From the NCBI GenBank assembly GCA_951406725.2, contig OX597824.1, forward strand, positions 26,040,001-26,104,000: a stretch of 64,000 nucleotides of DNA, read 5' to 3'. Both the position numbers and the translations under genes were made by a program. The stretch comes from Octopus vulgaris. Lineage: Eukaryota. Positions 25,387-39,093 of this stretch are shown piece by piece; the first letter of the stretch is position 1, and every line of letters begins with the position of its first letter. A model generated the notes under the pieces. It was not told the DNA's origin and ran no database searches. It saw only the letters and a program-made list of their open reading frames with translations.

Positions 25387-26304
25387 AAACATAACTTCAG
25401 AAATTCAGAGGTGAAATGCGTGGAAAAGTGAACATTGAATAAAAAAAAAGAGAGAATATTTTGGTAATGTTATGGACATAAAAAACATGTCGGCTTTAAC
25501 GGCTTTAACACAGCGGTTGTGAGAAAGGAGAGAGACTCGGTGTAACGACACCTTTGCATAGGAAAGAATATAAAGCAACTGGACATCTTTGAATGGTTAA
25601 ATAATCAACAATATTGAATAGAATAATTACCGATTCTAGCAAGAACACCAACTGGCAATCTCGGGTATATTACGGATATTGCTGCCCCCCAAAAAAGCTA
25701 CACTATTTACTCACTAGAACACCGGAACAATAGAATGCAAAACAACACATCCTTTCTTTACTTCATAAGCTCTCTGACAATACTCATTCCTGCGTCAAGC
25801 CTGCACCAATAATACAAACAGGATGGAATTGTTTTAAGATCCGGGGCACGAGTATTTTTGTGGAGGGTTTTTTGGGGGGGGGGGGGGGGGTTCGTTTTTA
25901 CCTTAAAATTTTACATTTTGGTGTTATTACGTCCGGCTTGGAAATTCCATCATATCAAATCTTTTCTTCGTTGTTTTGTCACACGATGTAATCTACCTAT
26001 GATTTATCTTTTTATTATTTATCTCCTACTTGTTTCAATCATTGGACTGCAGCCATACTCGGGCACGTCCTTGAAGAGTTTTAGTAAAACGAACCGACTC
26101 CCGTAATTTTTTTTTTTTTTCAGTCTCATATTTACTCTGTCGGTGTTATTTGCTGAGCTACTAGGTTACAGGTATGTAAACAAGCCAATACCAGTTGTCA
26201 AGCGGGGAGTGGACAAACACAGACATGAAGAGAAACACACACACACACACACACACTCTCTCTCTCTCTCTCTTTCTCTGACACACACATACACGGTCAG
26301 TTTC

Positions 26305-26722
26305 TTATTTCTTTATTGCCAACAAGGGGCTAAATATAGAGGGGACAAACAAGGACAGACAAACGGATTAAGTCGATTATATCGACCCCAGTGTGTAACT
26401 GGTACTTATTTAATCGACCCCGAAAGAATGAAAGGCAAGGTCGACCTCGGCGGAATTTGAACTCAGAACGTAGCGGCAGACGAAATACCTATTTCTTTAC
26501 TACCCACAAGGGGCTAAACACAGAGAGGACAAACAAGGACAGACAAACGGATTAAGTCGATTATACCGACCCCATTGCGTAACTGGTACTTAATTTATCG
26601 ACCTCTAAAGGATGAAAGGCAAAGTCGACCTCGGCGGAATTTGAACTCAGAACGTAACAGCAGACGAAATACCGCTAAGCATTTCGCCCGGCGTTGCTAA
26701 CGGTTCTGCCAGCTCGCCGCCT
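26305..26722 (-). mobile_element. SINE family B dimer nested in an old SINE A
   Basis: 184-bp period; family A homology on both flanks. Confidence 0.85.
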
Positions 26723-27293
26723 TACACGATCAGTTTCTTTCAGTTTCTGTCTACCAAATTCTTTCACAAGGCATTAATCGGCCTGGGACTATAACATAAG
26801 ACACTTGTCAAAGACACTGTGTAGTAGAGTGAACCTGAAACCACGCGGTTGCAAAGCGGGTTTCTTAACCACATAGCCATGTCTGCTTATCACCTTTATT
26901 TTTTTTAAAGGGAAACCAAAATGACCTTTCTCATGGTTTTACTTCATTTTTGTGATGTAGAAACTATCCTTCAATGGTTAAATACGTTTAAACGTTTAAA
27001 CAATTATTTCCTATGTTCTGCTGGAGCGATCTGTCGACCTTCACATTTGTACTGCCTTCTTCCCAACCCAAAAGTTGATGTGGCCGATGTGGCTGATATG
27101 CTGCTTGAACATCTGTAGGTTGGTGCCTACATGCAGCGAGAGAATTCCGAAATGGTTGCAGTCCTGGATAGGAAAAATTGGAAACTAGTTGAGTGTAGGG
27201 TTTCGGGAAGAACACTGTTTCTATTTTTAATTTACCTGTTTTTGACCCAACTACTGGTTGAAGTCTCAATATGCTGTTGCAGAATACTTCGTA

Positions 27294-27392
27294 AAACCAT
27301 CCTTCTTACCTTCAGGAGCGTCCAATAATACTATATTTGTTACACGTCCTCGCGTTGTTGTGTTTTCTCTTTGTGTTTTCATGTTTGGATTA

Positions 27393-27396
<4 letters not shown>
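27294..27396 (+). mobile_element. 3' half of family P1 element
   Basis: GAGCGTCCAATAATACTATATTTG...GGATTAAC then (TA)n. Confidence 0.75.
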
Positions 27397-27435
<39 letters not shown>

Positions 27436-27676
27436 CGGGTGGTGAGTTGTGCTCTTCAGCAAAACACTTCATCTCACGTTGCTCTGCGATCACTTCGACA
27501 CCTGACACGCATGGTTCACAGTACACCTGTTTAGGACAACGTCGATTCGATGGAGAGAGTGAACTAATGTGCAGCGCATACCTTTCATCACTATAAACAA
27601 ATTATTTGTTCAGGTCGTTCGGCAAAAACTGAACGCTCATATGCAATCTTCGACGGAAGAGTCCATCGTACACACG

Positions 27677-27707
<31 letters not shown>

Positions 27708-28087
27708 GACAGGCTTCTGTCAGGACTTGGCCGGCCCGGGGATATAGTAGAAGAAACTTACCGAAAGTGCTGTGTAGTGGAACTGAATGCAAGACCACAT
27801 GTTAGGAAGCGAGGTTCTTATTACACAGCCATGCCTGCGCCTACCTTATGGACTTCGAAAAGATGAAAGGTAAAGTTGATCGCCATAGGATCGTACTCAG
27901 AGTGCAGAGGGATGTAAATATGGCTGGTGGTAAAATGTTAACTTCCGATAGAATGAATATCACCGGAAGAGGAGAAACATTCTAATAACAGGAAGTATTG
28001 ATTATAATCGATTGTTTGAAAGACATTGAAAATTTTGAACGTTGTATAACATAAAAGCATTGCAACAGTACGGCTAATATGAATATA

Positions 28088-28612
28088 CCGTAAATCCTCG
28101 AGTATAATCTGCATTTCCCCCCCAAAATTTAATGGTCAAAATCCCTAGTGCATACTATATACGAGGTTAAAAATGAAAAATATTTTCTAAGCAATGTCCG
28201 AGTCTCTATTTGCTGTCCGGCAATGTTCATTCAGACGCATTTTGTGATATCGGGCGAGAAAATACCTTAAGCTAAGCCTGAAAGCAATGAAGTCATAAAA
28301 GAATCATCCATAACTTGCAATAAGCAACATTTATTAAGATAAAAGTATTCAGAACACAGGATAACATGTAAAAAAAAAACAATTTGCAAACATATTTACA
28401 TTCCCATATAACAGTTAAGAACATCCCCATTATTGTATTCCGCATGCGCGGAAGTGTTTGTTCGACTAGGTGCTGCTGGCTTAATTACGCACGACTCAAG
28501 TTAGAGAAGGGGTGCGTATTATACACAAGGTTCAGGTTTTTCAAAAGTACAGCTCCCTTAAAATTCCCCTGCGTATTATACTCAAGGGCGGACTATACTC
28601 GAGGATTTACGG
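28088..28612. mobile_element. Non-autonomous Tc1/pogo-like DNA transposon
   Basis: TIR CCGTAAATCCTCGAGTATA, TA TSD. Confidence 0.85.
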
Positions 28613-29910
28613 TAATCTCCGCTAGACTCACAATAACTAAAATGAAATTACTAGAATTCGAGGAAATTTGTGAAGGTCTACGAGACGAATACGATATAGA
28701 AAGAGTTCGCTAAGTGGAATAAGCACCTTTAGCACAAGAAAAGGGAGAAACCTTATGGTTCGGACAGAACACTTCATAGAGGAGAGAAGAAAGGTTTTCT
28801 CGCAGTATTGACTCACGACGAAATGATTTATTTTGCAAATGTTTTTTTAAAATTTATTATTTGCCAATTTTCCTGAATTTTCCTATTTCATTTGATATTT
28901 GAAATTTCTGTAATTTTCTATCATTATACTTTAATCTTTACTCGCCAGCGCCATAAATGATAAATAAATAAATTAATAAAATAAAATAAAAAAACTAAAG
29001 ATTATGTCACATTACGATAAAGTATCTCAGCTTCCCCTTTGACATTGGTTCTCTTGTCTTTGTTGTTCATCTCTTATCTTTACCAAAACACGTTCTTTTT
29101 TTTTTTTCTTTGCAACCACATTTACTATCACGAAAGCTATTGCTGACTTAACGTATCCCACGTGATTTTGGTCTCACTTTCCATTCTTCTGTTCTTTTTT
29201 TTTTTTTTTTTTACCGAACTCTTACGTCTACATGTCTGTTATACATTGTACTCTCACATGAGCTCGAGCAGAAAACCTCCCAGGACTTTACTCTCATTCG
29301 ATACAGCAGATAGCTGGACGTGATTAAATATCCCCCCAGAGGCTTCAACGTTATCTTGGAGGATGCAGAGGAGTTGGTACGGCACTGACAGTGATAGAGA
29401 GCACTGGTGGACCTGGTAGGCTCTACGCACGATGAAGTCTCTGGGACTACTAACCTGGTATGACCCCCAGCCCTATCATGAAACAGCAGCTACCCAAGGT
29501 AAAACTCCTCCGCAACTATCACTGCCATTTGTTCAGGCTCGCTTCCACGTAGCAAATACGAATGCAGCTCCAATCATTCCAACGTGACCACTGGCACTAA
29601 TAGCATTGGTGTAGTAAAAGTGTGTGCCAACCGGTGCTGCTCTTGAGTTTGCCGCCCCCTTCACTTAGGTAATATAGGCCATGCAGCAGACCCAAAAGTG
29701 CCACCTCAAAAAAAAGCACCGCCTGGGGCCGACGGCCGACTACCCATCCCTTAGCTACGCTACTGCCTGAATTTAACTCTTCCGTTACGACCAAACAATG
29801 TCCTCGCATCGCTCGGTCCGGGTATCGAAATCACGGTCTAACTATAAAGCCACGTACATTCACTCGACCAGATCGAACAGCGTTTAAATTATGTCAGCAT
29901 CATAGATATA

Positions 29911-30143
29911 AGGCGGCGAGCTGGCAGAAACGTTAGCACGCCGGGCGAAATGCTTAGCCGTATTTCGTCTGCCGTTACGTTCTGAGTTCAAATTCCGCCG
30001 AGGTCGACTTTGCCTTTCATCCTTTCGGGGTCGATAAATTAAGTACCAGTTACGCACTGGGGTCGATATAATCGACTCAATCCGTTTGACTGTCCTTGTT
30101 TGTCCCCTCTGTGTTTAGCCCCTTGTGGGTAGTAAAGAAATAA
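29911..30143 (+). mobile_element. SINE family B monomer (young, long tail)
   Basis: Near-consensus sequence. Confidence 0.9.
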
Positions 30144-30199
30144 GAAATATAAATTCATCTTTAACGCCCACATAGCCACTAGAAATAATAATAATAATG

Positions 30200-30825
30200 T
30201 TGCTTTCTACTGCAGGCACAAAGCCAGAAATCTGGGGGAGGGAGGGAGTAAGTAAAGTACATTGACCCCAGTGAACAAATAGTACTTGTTTCATAGATCC
30301 TGAAAGTTGACCACGGTAGAATTTGAACTCAGAATGTACAGCTGGATGAAATGCCGCTAAGCATTTTACCCTGCGGGTTAGCGATTCTGCCAACTCGCCG
30401 CCTTAATGATAGTAATAATAAAAATTTCTACTATAGGCACAAGACCTGAAATTTGAGGGCCGGGGGTAGTCGATTACATCGACCCCAGTACTCAACTGGT
30501 ACTTATTTCATCGATCCCGAAAGGACGAAAGGCAAAGTCGATTTCAGCGGAATTTGAACTCAGAGCGCAAGGATGGACGAAATGCTGCTAAGCATTTTGC
30601 CCTGCGTGTTAACGATTCTGCCATCTCGCCGCCTTAATGATAATAATAATCATAGCTTCAAAATTTGGCACAAGGTAAGCAATTTCAGGCAGACGGTAAG
30701 TCGATTCCATCGACCTCTTAACTAGTACTTATGTTATCGATCTTGGAAGGATGAAAGGTTTTGAACTAAGAACGTAAAGACGGGCGAAATGCCGCTTAGC
30801 ATTTCGCTCGCAAAGCTAACAATTC
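30200..30825 (-). mobile_element. Cluster of three short-tail SINE B copies separated by (TAA)n
   Basis: ~220 bp periodic homology. Confidence 0.8.
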
Positions 30826-31239
30826 GGATCTTTTCGGTTTGAACGGCAATTTTTAAAAATAATTTCCACGTAACTAAACACTTTTAAACTTCGTATACTG
30901 GTAGAATGTGTTTATAAAACATCTTTTTCTCTTGGCTTTATTGAGAAAATTCTATAGTTTGTAAGATATTTGTTGTTTTTTTCTTCTTCAATTTCTGCAA
31001 TTTCAACCAATCAGTGACGTCTAGTGAGTTAAAAAACACTTTGTGCCATATGAATATGTCCCTCGTTTAAGAAACAGATTGGGTTTATTTACATTTCTGA
31101 AGAAAAAAAAGATACCCTTCCCCCACCCCTAACCCTAAAACAGATTGAAATGCAATAGATCGATACTAGGGTCATAATTATGGGTGACAATTTCATATGA
31201 CACCGCTAGAAAAAACTGCCGTTCAAACCAAAAAGATCC
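30826..31239. mobile_element. GGATC-terminal DNA transposon inserted in SINE B with 8-bp TSD
   Basis: TIR GGATCTTTT.GGTTTGAACGGCA; TSD AACAATTC/AATAATTC. Confidence 0.8.
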
Positions 31240-31621
31240 AATAATTCTGCCAGCTCACCTCCTTAAATATACTGATAATTATATCTTATGTTTCCGAACC
31301 AGAGTAATTTTTTTTTTTCGAAGTCAGAATTCATTCCTGGAATACGACACCTTGCAAATATACAAATTATAGCCTAGCTACATACACAATAGCTGGTGTC
31401 AAACTTTATCTAAATGGGGATTCATTTTACAGTGCGGTACTTATATACAGACAGTTGCACGTAACATACATGTGCCAAAGATACACGCGATAAACTACAT
31501 GCCATAAATCAATGTATTGTACATACGAAGCCAAAATAAAATGCGTTATGCGAAATATAACAGCATTTCCTCTCAACAGATTGTAACTGATAATATTGAA
31601 TAAATAATAATAATAATAATA

Positions 31622-31672
<51 letters not shown>

Positions 31673-33991
31673 TAAGATATAGCATTAATTAAATTATCGA
31701 ATAAGTTAATGGCCACTTCCAATCTTAATCAAATAACTAATTGTAACGATTGACATACACATCAAAGATAATATAATATGATGAATTTCGTACAACAATT
31801 AGAGATGATATTAATTGATAAAGAGTACGGAATTTTAATACATAAGCAACGTATATGATTGACCGGACGTAATGTAAATGCATGAAGATAATGATGGTTT
31901 CTGGAGATACAGGGGAGATAACAATCCTTTCTAAAATAGGTACAAGGCCTGAAATTTTGCGGGTGAAAGCCAGTCGATTACATCGGCTCCACTGGTACTT
32001 ATTTTGTCGACCCCCAAAAGAATGAAAAGCAAAGTCGACTTCAACAGAATTCGAACTCCGACCATGAAGATTCGGAAGAAATGCTGGTAAGCATTTTGTC
32101 TCGCGTGCTAACGATTCTTCTAGCTCGCCACTTTATATACGAGGCATAATATAATGATCCTTTCTTAGGCTCAAGGACAGCAATTTTAAGGTGGAGATCG
32201 ACCCCACTGCTCAACTGGTACTTATTTTAACAACTCATGAAAGGCAAAGTCAACCTCGGCGGAATTTGAACTCATAACATGAAACGCCGGAAGAAATGCC
32301 GCGTAGCATTTTGTCCGACGTGCTAACGATTCTGTCAGCTTATTGTTATATATAGAAGAGATAATTATGAAAATAATTTAGACCTTTTATCTTTTATCTT
32401 TTACCGGCTTCAGTCATTCGACTGCGGCCATGCTGGGGGCTCTGCCTTGAAATTTTAGTCGAATAAATCGACCCCAGTACTTATTTTTTAAGCCTGGTAC
32501 TTATTCTATCGGTACTTCTTGGCGAACACGCTAAGTTACGGGTACGTAAACGCACCAATGCCGGTTGCACATATCTTGGTGAAAAATTTCCCCCCGAGAC
32601 TATCTCTGGAGTAAAAGGTCTTATCACGTCCGAATACATGCGAACGTGCTAAGTATGACTTCGCACGAATATCTTATATTCAACGTTGCTGCGTGCGATA
32701 TCGTTTACCTAATTCTAACCGGACTTTTAATAAGAATGATTTCGTTCTTTTTCGTGCTGTGAATGACAGATTTGGTTTTCTTTGCTGACGAAGCTGGATG
32801 ACGCAGAAATACATGCGTCCTACGATCAAATGACGTCGTTTACAGCCCTCAAAATATGTTTTCAGACATATCTTGGTAGAGAACATTCTTATGGAACTAT
32901 ATTCGCAGCGAAAAGTCTTATCACGTCGGGAATACCCTCGAACGTGTTGAATTATGACTTTACACGAACATTTTTTTATATTTGCCGCTGCTTCATGCGA
33001 CATTATTCATCTAATTCTTTTTTGTTTTAAGAGTTGAGAGAGTATCAGAGTGAAAGAAAGTGAATGAGAGGGAGTGTGTGAGAGAATGTACTTTACTCTT
33101 AGATCGACCGACATTGCAACAAATTCTACTTGCCCGCGAAAAGCCACAGCTTAATATACAGTCTATAGGCTCTAAGTTGGTTGTCTGATTTACGTCTAAA
33201 GAAAGCGGTTTAATTGGCTGAAATGTCAAGTTGTCTGCTACATTATCGCGTAAACGAATTCATGTGATCAATGGAATTCAAGATCTGATCTAATATACTA
33301 ACAATTTCTTTTGAATTTCTTTTTTAATGCAGATTCTGTCGAGAGACATTAAACTGTAAGATAAAATGGCCGTCACAAAATGTGTGACAGCCATTTTATC
33401 TTACGGATGATCGGTGGTGTCATTGCCAGAGGCGTATCGTTATTTAGGCGCAGATATGACTGTTTGATTAAGTAGTTTGCTTTGCAACCATGTGGCTTCG
33501 GGTACAGTCCCACTGTACGGCACCTTAGAAAAGTGCCTACTACTCCAGCCCCAGATCAATCAATGCCTTGTGAATGAACTTGATAGACGGAAACTGTGTG
33601 GAAGCAAGTCGTGTGTGTGTGTGTGTGTTTGTGTGTGTGTGTTTGTGTGTCTGTGTTTGTCCCCCCAACATCGCTTGACAACCGATGCTGGTGTGTTTAC
33701 GTCCCCATAACTTAGCCGTTCGGCAAAGAGACCGATAGAATAAGTACTGTGTGTGTGTGTGTGTTTTCTTCTACTTGTTGCCCACCACCACTTGACAAAT
33801 GGTGTTACTGTGTTTACGTCCTCGTAACTTAGCGGTTCGGCAAAGGAGCCCATTAAAATAAGTACCAGACTTAAAAGTATACAGTGGAGGTCGATTTGTT
33901 CAACTAAACTCTAAGGCAGTGCCCCAGCATGACCGCAGTCCAATGACTGAAACAAATAAAAATAAAAGATAAATCCAGACATTGACAGGCA

Positions 33992-34406
33992 TAGGCGTAG
34001 GAGTGGCTGTGTGGTAAGTAGCTTGTTTACAAACCACATGGTTCCGGGTTCAGTCCCACTGCGTGGCATCTTGGGCAAGTGTCTTCTGCTATAGCCTCGG
34101 GCCGACCAAAGCCTTGTGAGTGGATTTGGTAGACGGAAACTGAAAGAAGCCCGTCGTATATATGTATATATATATATAAGTGTGTGTGTATATATTTGTG
34201 TGTCTGTGTTTGTCCCCCTAGCATTGCTTGACAACCGATGCTGGTGTGTTTACGTCCCCGTCACTTAGCGGTTCGGCAAAAGAGACCGATAGAATAAGTA
34301 CTGGGCTTACAAAGAATAAGTTCCGGGGTCGATTTGCTCGACTAAAGGCGGTGCTCCAGCATGGCCGCAGTCAAATGACTGAAACAAGTAAAAGAGTAAA
34401 AAAGAG
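33992..34406 (+). mobile_element. SINE family A
   Basis: Full length. Confidence 0.9.
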
Positions 34407-34596
34407 AATGGTTTTAAATTTTAGCACAAGGTTAGTCATTTCGAAAGAGCAGGTAAGTTGATTACATCGACCTCAGTGCTCAACTAGTACTTATTTTATC
34501 GACCCCTAAAGGATGAAAGGCAAAGTCGATCTTGGTGGAGTTTATTTTCTGCAGATACCGACGCACGCGGCGCTTATAAGTTTGTTTACAAAATGT

Positions 34597-34701
<105 letters not shown>

Positions 34702-34716
34702 CATGCATATATATAT

Positions 34717-34896
34717 AGGGAAAGTTTACGAAAAAAACAGAAGACGAAGACAGGTGGTGTGCAAAACAAACAGATGTATTAGTATAACGCTCAGGAATAG
34801 AAAAAAGTCTTTTACGTTTCGAGCCTACGCTCGTCTACAGAAAGATACACAGAAAAAACAAGGAGAGAAACAAGGAGAGAAAAAAAAGGAGAGAAA

Positions 34897-34900
<4 letters not shown>
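34717..34900 (-). mobile_element. HHR-containing element family P2 in (TA)n
   Basis: HHR 34808-34845: TCTTT-CTGTAGA-C-GAGC GTAG GCTC-GAAA-CG-TA-AAAGA. Confidence 0.75.
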
Positions 34901-34950
<50 letters not shown>

Positions 34951-35741
34951 TGTAGTATGTCTGTAATAGCGTTGGTTTAAAACATGCATTTTTGGTCTCC
35001 AAGTAGTCTCAAACGACACTATAAGTTTACAGCTCTATTTGGTCTGTGATTGGCCGAATAAATAGGCTCTCTCTACTTCATCCGATCAGGCTCTCTCTAC
35101 TACGTCCGTTTGTCACTTATATAATGTGGCTACGACCATGTTTAATTCAGTTCCTTTCATTTTGTTTCTCTAAAGGACTCGCGGCTGGTAGTTTGGTTCG
35201 AACGCATTCGCGCTGGCGTCTCTTACACGAACGCTTCGTCCACGTGCGCTAGAAGAATCGACCAAACTCAATTTTGTCATCTCTCATGCTTTTCTAGAAA
35301 CATTTCTGTCGGGTCTCTTCCTAAATGCATGAAGTACATCTAATGTCCTCAGCATTAATTCATTCACCGCAACCACACTACAGACATCTCTATAAAATAC
35401 GACTTACTTCTTTACAGAAATCTTATACAAGACATTAAACATTGTACGTAACTCACTGCTACAATAAACTTTATAATCTTAAAAGTCGAGTTGTTGTATA
35501 TCATCGCACAGCTATCGAACACACGAACTCAGTGGGCGACGTCTGTCTGCCACACACTGCTGTCAACAACTACCATCGCCGACATCATCTCTTCCACCAA
35601 CAACTATAGAGTCAACCCGACGTGAGAAAAACTTTCGTTAAACTAATAACCAACGGACAACGTTAAGGTGGTGGTATTCTCATACCCATTACACTAAACA
35701 ACCCAACCGTGAACACTCCATCGTATTACATCAACTGCTAC

Positions 35742-36266
35742 GGATCTTTTCCTTTTGAACGGCACTTTGTAACATAATTTCTAGGTAACTAAAAAGTTAT
35801 ATACTTCGTATACTGGTAGAATGTGTTTATAAAACATCATTTTCTTTTGGCTTTATTGAGAAAATTCTATAGTTTGTAAGATATTTCGTCTGAAATTACT
35901 TGCATTTCGGCAATTTTAACCAATCAATTACCTCCATTGACGTAAATAACATTCTGTGCATAGTGAATATGTCCCTCCTTTAAGAAACAGATTGGGCTTA
36001 TTTACATTTGTGAAGAAAAAAGATACCCTTCCCCCACCCCTAACCCCAACCCTAACTCTAACCCTAAATCTAAAATAGATTGAAATGCAATAGATCGATA
36101 CTAGGGTTATAATTATGGGTGACAATTTCATACGACACCGCTACGGAAAATGGGATTTTTTTTCTAGCGGTGTCAAATGAAAATGTCACCCATAATTATG
36201 GCCCTAGTATCGATCTATTGCATTTCGATCTATTTTAGATTTAGGGTTAGGGGTTGGGGAAGGGTA
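35742..36266. mobile_element. Truncated GGATC/TTAGGG foldback element
   Basis: Same left end as 13976; internal hairpin ~36023-36266. Confidence 0.75.
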
Positions 36267-36772
36267 TTACTACTACCACCACCACCACCACAACAACAAC
36301 AACAACAACAGCAACAATAAGAAGTGAAATAGACCTAGTGCGTGTGTTTATTTTTGGCATAAAGACCCTGTCGAGATACAACAAAATTTACTTGGTAATA
36401 TATTTTTTTCAGAACAATTAGGCAAAGAGAATTAAACGGCAAAATTAATTAAATTCCCGTGATAATTAATTGCATCATATTTTATCCAATATTCTCATAG
36501 ATATTTTAATCTTTCTTTTGTTGATTTTTTTCTTCTTCTTTTTTTCCGACCAATTATTATCGACAAATTGTTGAATTCGAATAATAACGATATCAGACTT
36601 TGTGGCTGACTGAATTTTTTTTTCTTGGAAACGGTATTACATCAATAATTTGATGTTATTTCGAATCCAGAGATAGGTTATGATTTTCATTAAAACTTTA
36701 ATTATGTCTGATTAATCGGCAGTTTTGATAATGCATTAGTATTTTCGTGCTGAGTTTCGAAGCTTTGTAGGC

Positions 36773-36809
<37 letters not shown>

Positions 36810-36977
36810 AATGGAGAATGGCGATTTGACGTCTATATCTAGCATGTTGACTGTCCACTTTTCGTGTTCAGTCCTTAATTGGTATATATAAATATTTTAA
36901 TCTTCGGATTCTTTCTTTAATATGCTAGACCACTGGTTCTAATCGATAAATATCAATTTTTACCCTAAATTTAATTT

Positions 36978-37024
<47 letters not shown>

Positions 37025-37312
37025 AATAAGGATCAAAGATCCTTCACGAGCCATCGGCTCATAAAGCTCGTGTCCTGGATTCTCTGGCTTATATATCCTT
37101 TGCAATGTGTGGGGTCTGTAGCCTTAATCACCTCTTGTTTCAAATCACAAAACTTTGTTAACAATCATCTGATCATTTGAATGGTAAATTCTTTAAATTA
37201 TCGTCTATCTTTTTATCTTTTACCGGTTTTATTTGCATCAGAGCTTAGATTTGAAATCACGTCATTTGAGTAACGAACAACAATCTTGACACTCAGGTAA
37301 TCTCGGCTAAAT

Positions 37313-37654
37313 GAGGAGGAGACCCCCTTCGGTCATGAATGACCATGGGATTGCACCTAGAAAGTTACCCTCCGAGGCACAAATCAGGGCAAGATTGTTT
37401 GTGGAAGGCTAGCAGCCACCCGTGCATACCAGCTTCCCCTCCCCACACTACTGATGTTATCCAAGGGAAAAGCAAAGGCTGATACAGCTTGGCACCAGTG
37501 ATGTCGCAACTCATTTCTACAGCTGAGTGAACTGGACCAACGTGAAATAAAGTGTCTTGCTCAAGAACATAACACACGGCCCGGTCCGGGAATCGAACTC
37601 ACAACCTCACGATCGTAAGCTCTACGCCCTAACCACTGAGCCATGCACCATCAC
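37313..37654 (-). mobile_element. SINE family C with 14-bp TSD
   Basis: TSD AATCTC(G/A)GCTAAAT at 37299-37312 and 37655-37668. Confidence 0.9.
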
Positions 37655-37931
37655 AATCTCAGCTAAATAGTTAATCAATAATGGTTGAGCTATTATCGTT
37701 CGAAATCATAGAGTTTCTTGCCAAAACATTGTTATAAATTGAGATGCGTGCCATACGTAAGATAGAGACAACAGAAGTCCGTGAGTAGACGGGCTTCTTG
37801 GTCGATGCTCGACTCCAGGTTAAAAGGGAATCGCTTGTCTCCGATGAACACAGAATTTTCCCGCCTCTCATAACACAAAGATACAGCTATCCTTTCTAGC
37901 TTGCATGCAGTCATACCTCTTGTGATAAATA

Positions 37932-38072
37932 TTAGGTTGTCCCAAAAGTTCGTAAACACTTGCGAAAATTGAATTTTTACTCGCCAAGTACTAACAAAAA
38001 CAACAGAAATTATTCCTCAAAATAAAGACCATTATTTTCCAAGACTTTCTACGAACTTTTGGGACAACCTTA
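37932..38072. mobile_element. Mariner-type MITE
   Basis: TIR AGGTTGTCCCAAAAGTTCGTA, TA TSD. Confidence 0.85.
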
Positions 38073-38427
38073 TACTTATCTAGACACTTCTGGCATACAG
38101 TTTACTCTTGGTTAAAACTCTGTATATGTTTTCGTATATAAGTAGTTTAATCGAAAACTGTAAATAGATGTGGTTTTAATAGAGGTTACAACACACAGCC
38201 TAAATCAGCCCAACCTATTATTAAACACCCATCTAATTAGTACCAAATAGTCATTAAACAGCGGCCATGCTGGGGCACCACTTTGAAAGGTTTTGACGAA
38301 GAAATCGATCTCGGTATTTAGTTTTTTTCTTAAGTTTGGTACTGATCCTAACGGTCTATTTTACCGAACCACTAAGTTTTGGGGCGTAAACACACTAACA
38401 TAGATTGTCAAACGGTAGTGGTGGTCA

Positions 38428-38661
38428 AAGCGGCGAGCTGGCAGAATCGTTAGCACGCCGAGCGAAATGCGTAGCCGTATTTCGTCTGCTGTTACGTTCT
38501 GAGTTCAAATTCCGCCGAGGTCGACTTTGCCTTTCATCCTTTCGGGGTCGATAAATTAAGTACCAGTTACGCACTGGGGTCGATGTAATCGACTTAATAC
38601 CTATGTCTGTCCTTGTTTGTCCCCTCTGTGTTTAGCCCCTTGTGGGTAATAAAGAAATAGG
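38428..38661 (+). mobile_element. SINE family B
   Basis: Near-consensus sequence. Confidence 0.9.
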
Positions 38662-38707
38662 TAGTGGTGGTCGTGGTGGCAAAAACAAAGATGCAAATAC
38701 ACACACA

Positions 38708-38754
<47 letters not shown>

Positions 38755-38850
38755 CGGGAAGGTTTACGAAAATAAACAAAAGACAAAGGCAGGTGGAATA
38801 CAAACAAACAATTGTATTAATATGGCGCTCAGGAATATAAATAAAACAAG

Positions 38851-38888
38851 TCTTTTACGTTTCGAGCCTACGCTCTTCAACAGAAAGA
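38851..38888 (-). ncRNA. Minimal hammerhead motif, variant core CUGUUGA
   Basis: TCTTT-CTGTTGA-A-GAGC GTAG GCTC-GAAA-CG-TA-AAAGA. Confidence 0.65.
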
Positions 38889-39055
38889 TACACAGAAAAG
38901 AAACACGGAAAGAAACAAGGAGAGAAAAAAAATGTGTGCAGAAGCTAGCGAATCAACATCGGGAAGGTTTACGAAAATAAACAAAGGCCGAAGGCAGGTG
39001 GAGTACAAACAAACAAATGTATTAGTATAGCGCTCAGGAATAGAAATAGAAAAAG

Positions 39056-39093
39056 TCTTTTACGTTTCGAGCCTACGCTCTTCGACAGAAAGA
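39056..39093 (-). ncRNA. Minimal hammerhead motif, variant core CUGUCGA
   Basis: TCTTT-CTGTCGA-A-GAGC GTAG GCTC-GAAA-CG-TA-AAAGA. Confidence 0.65.

Noticed and set aside
30200-30825. Regularly spaced repeats resembling a CRISPR array
   Set aside because: The units are ~220-bp SINEs in eukaryotic DNA; there are no short repeat-spacer units and no cas genes
32780-32835. CTGACGA...GAAA
   Set aside because: No valid stem I with an NUH triplet; a competing GACGCA/TGCGTC hairpin is present
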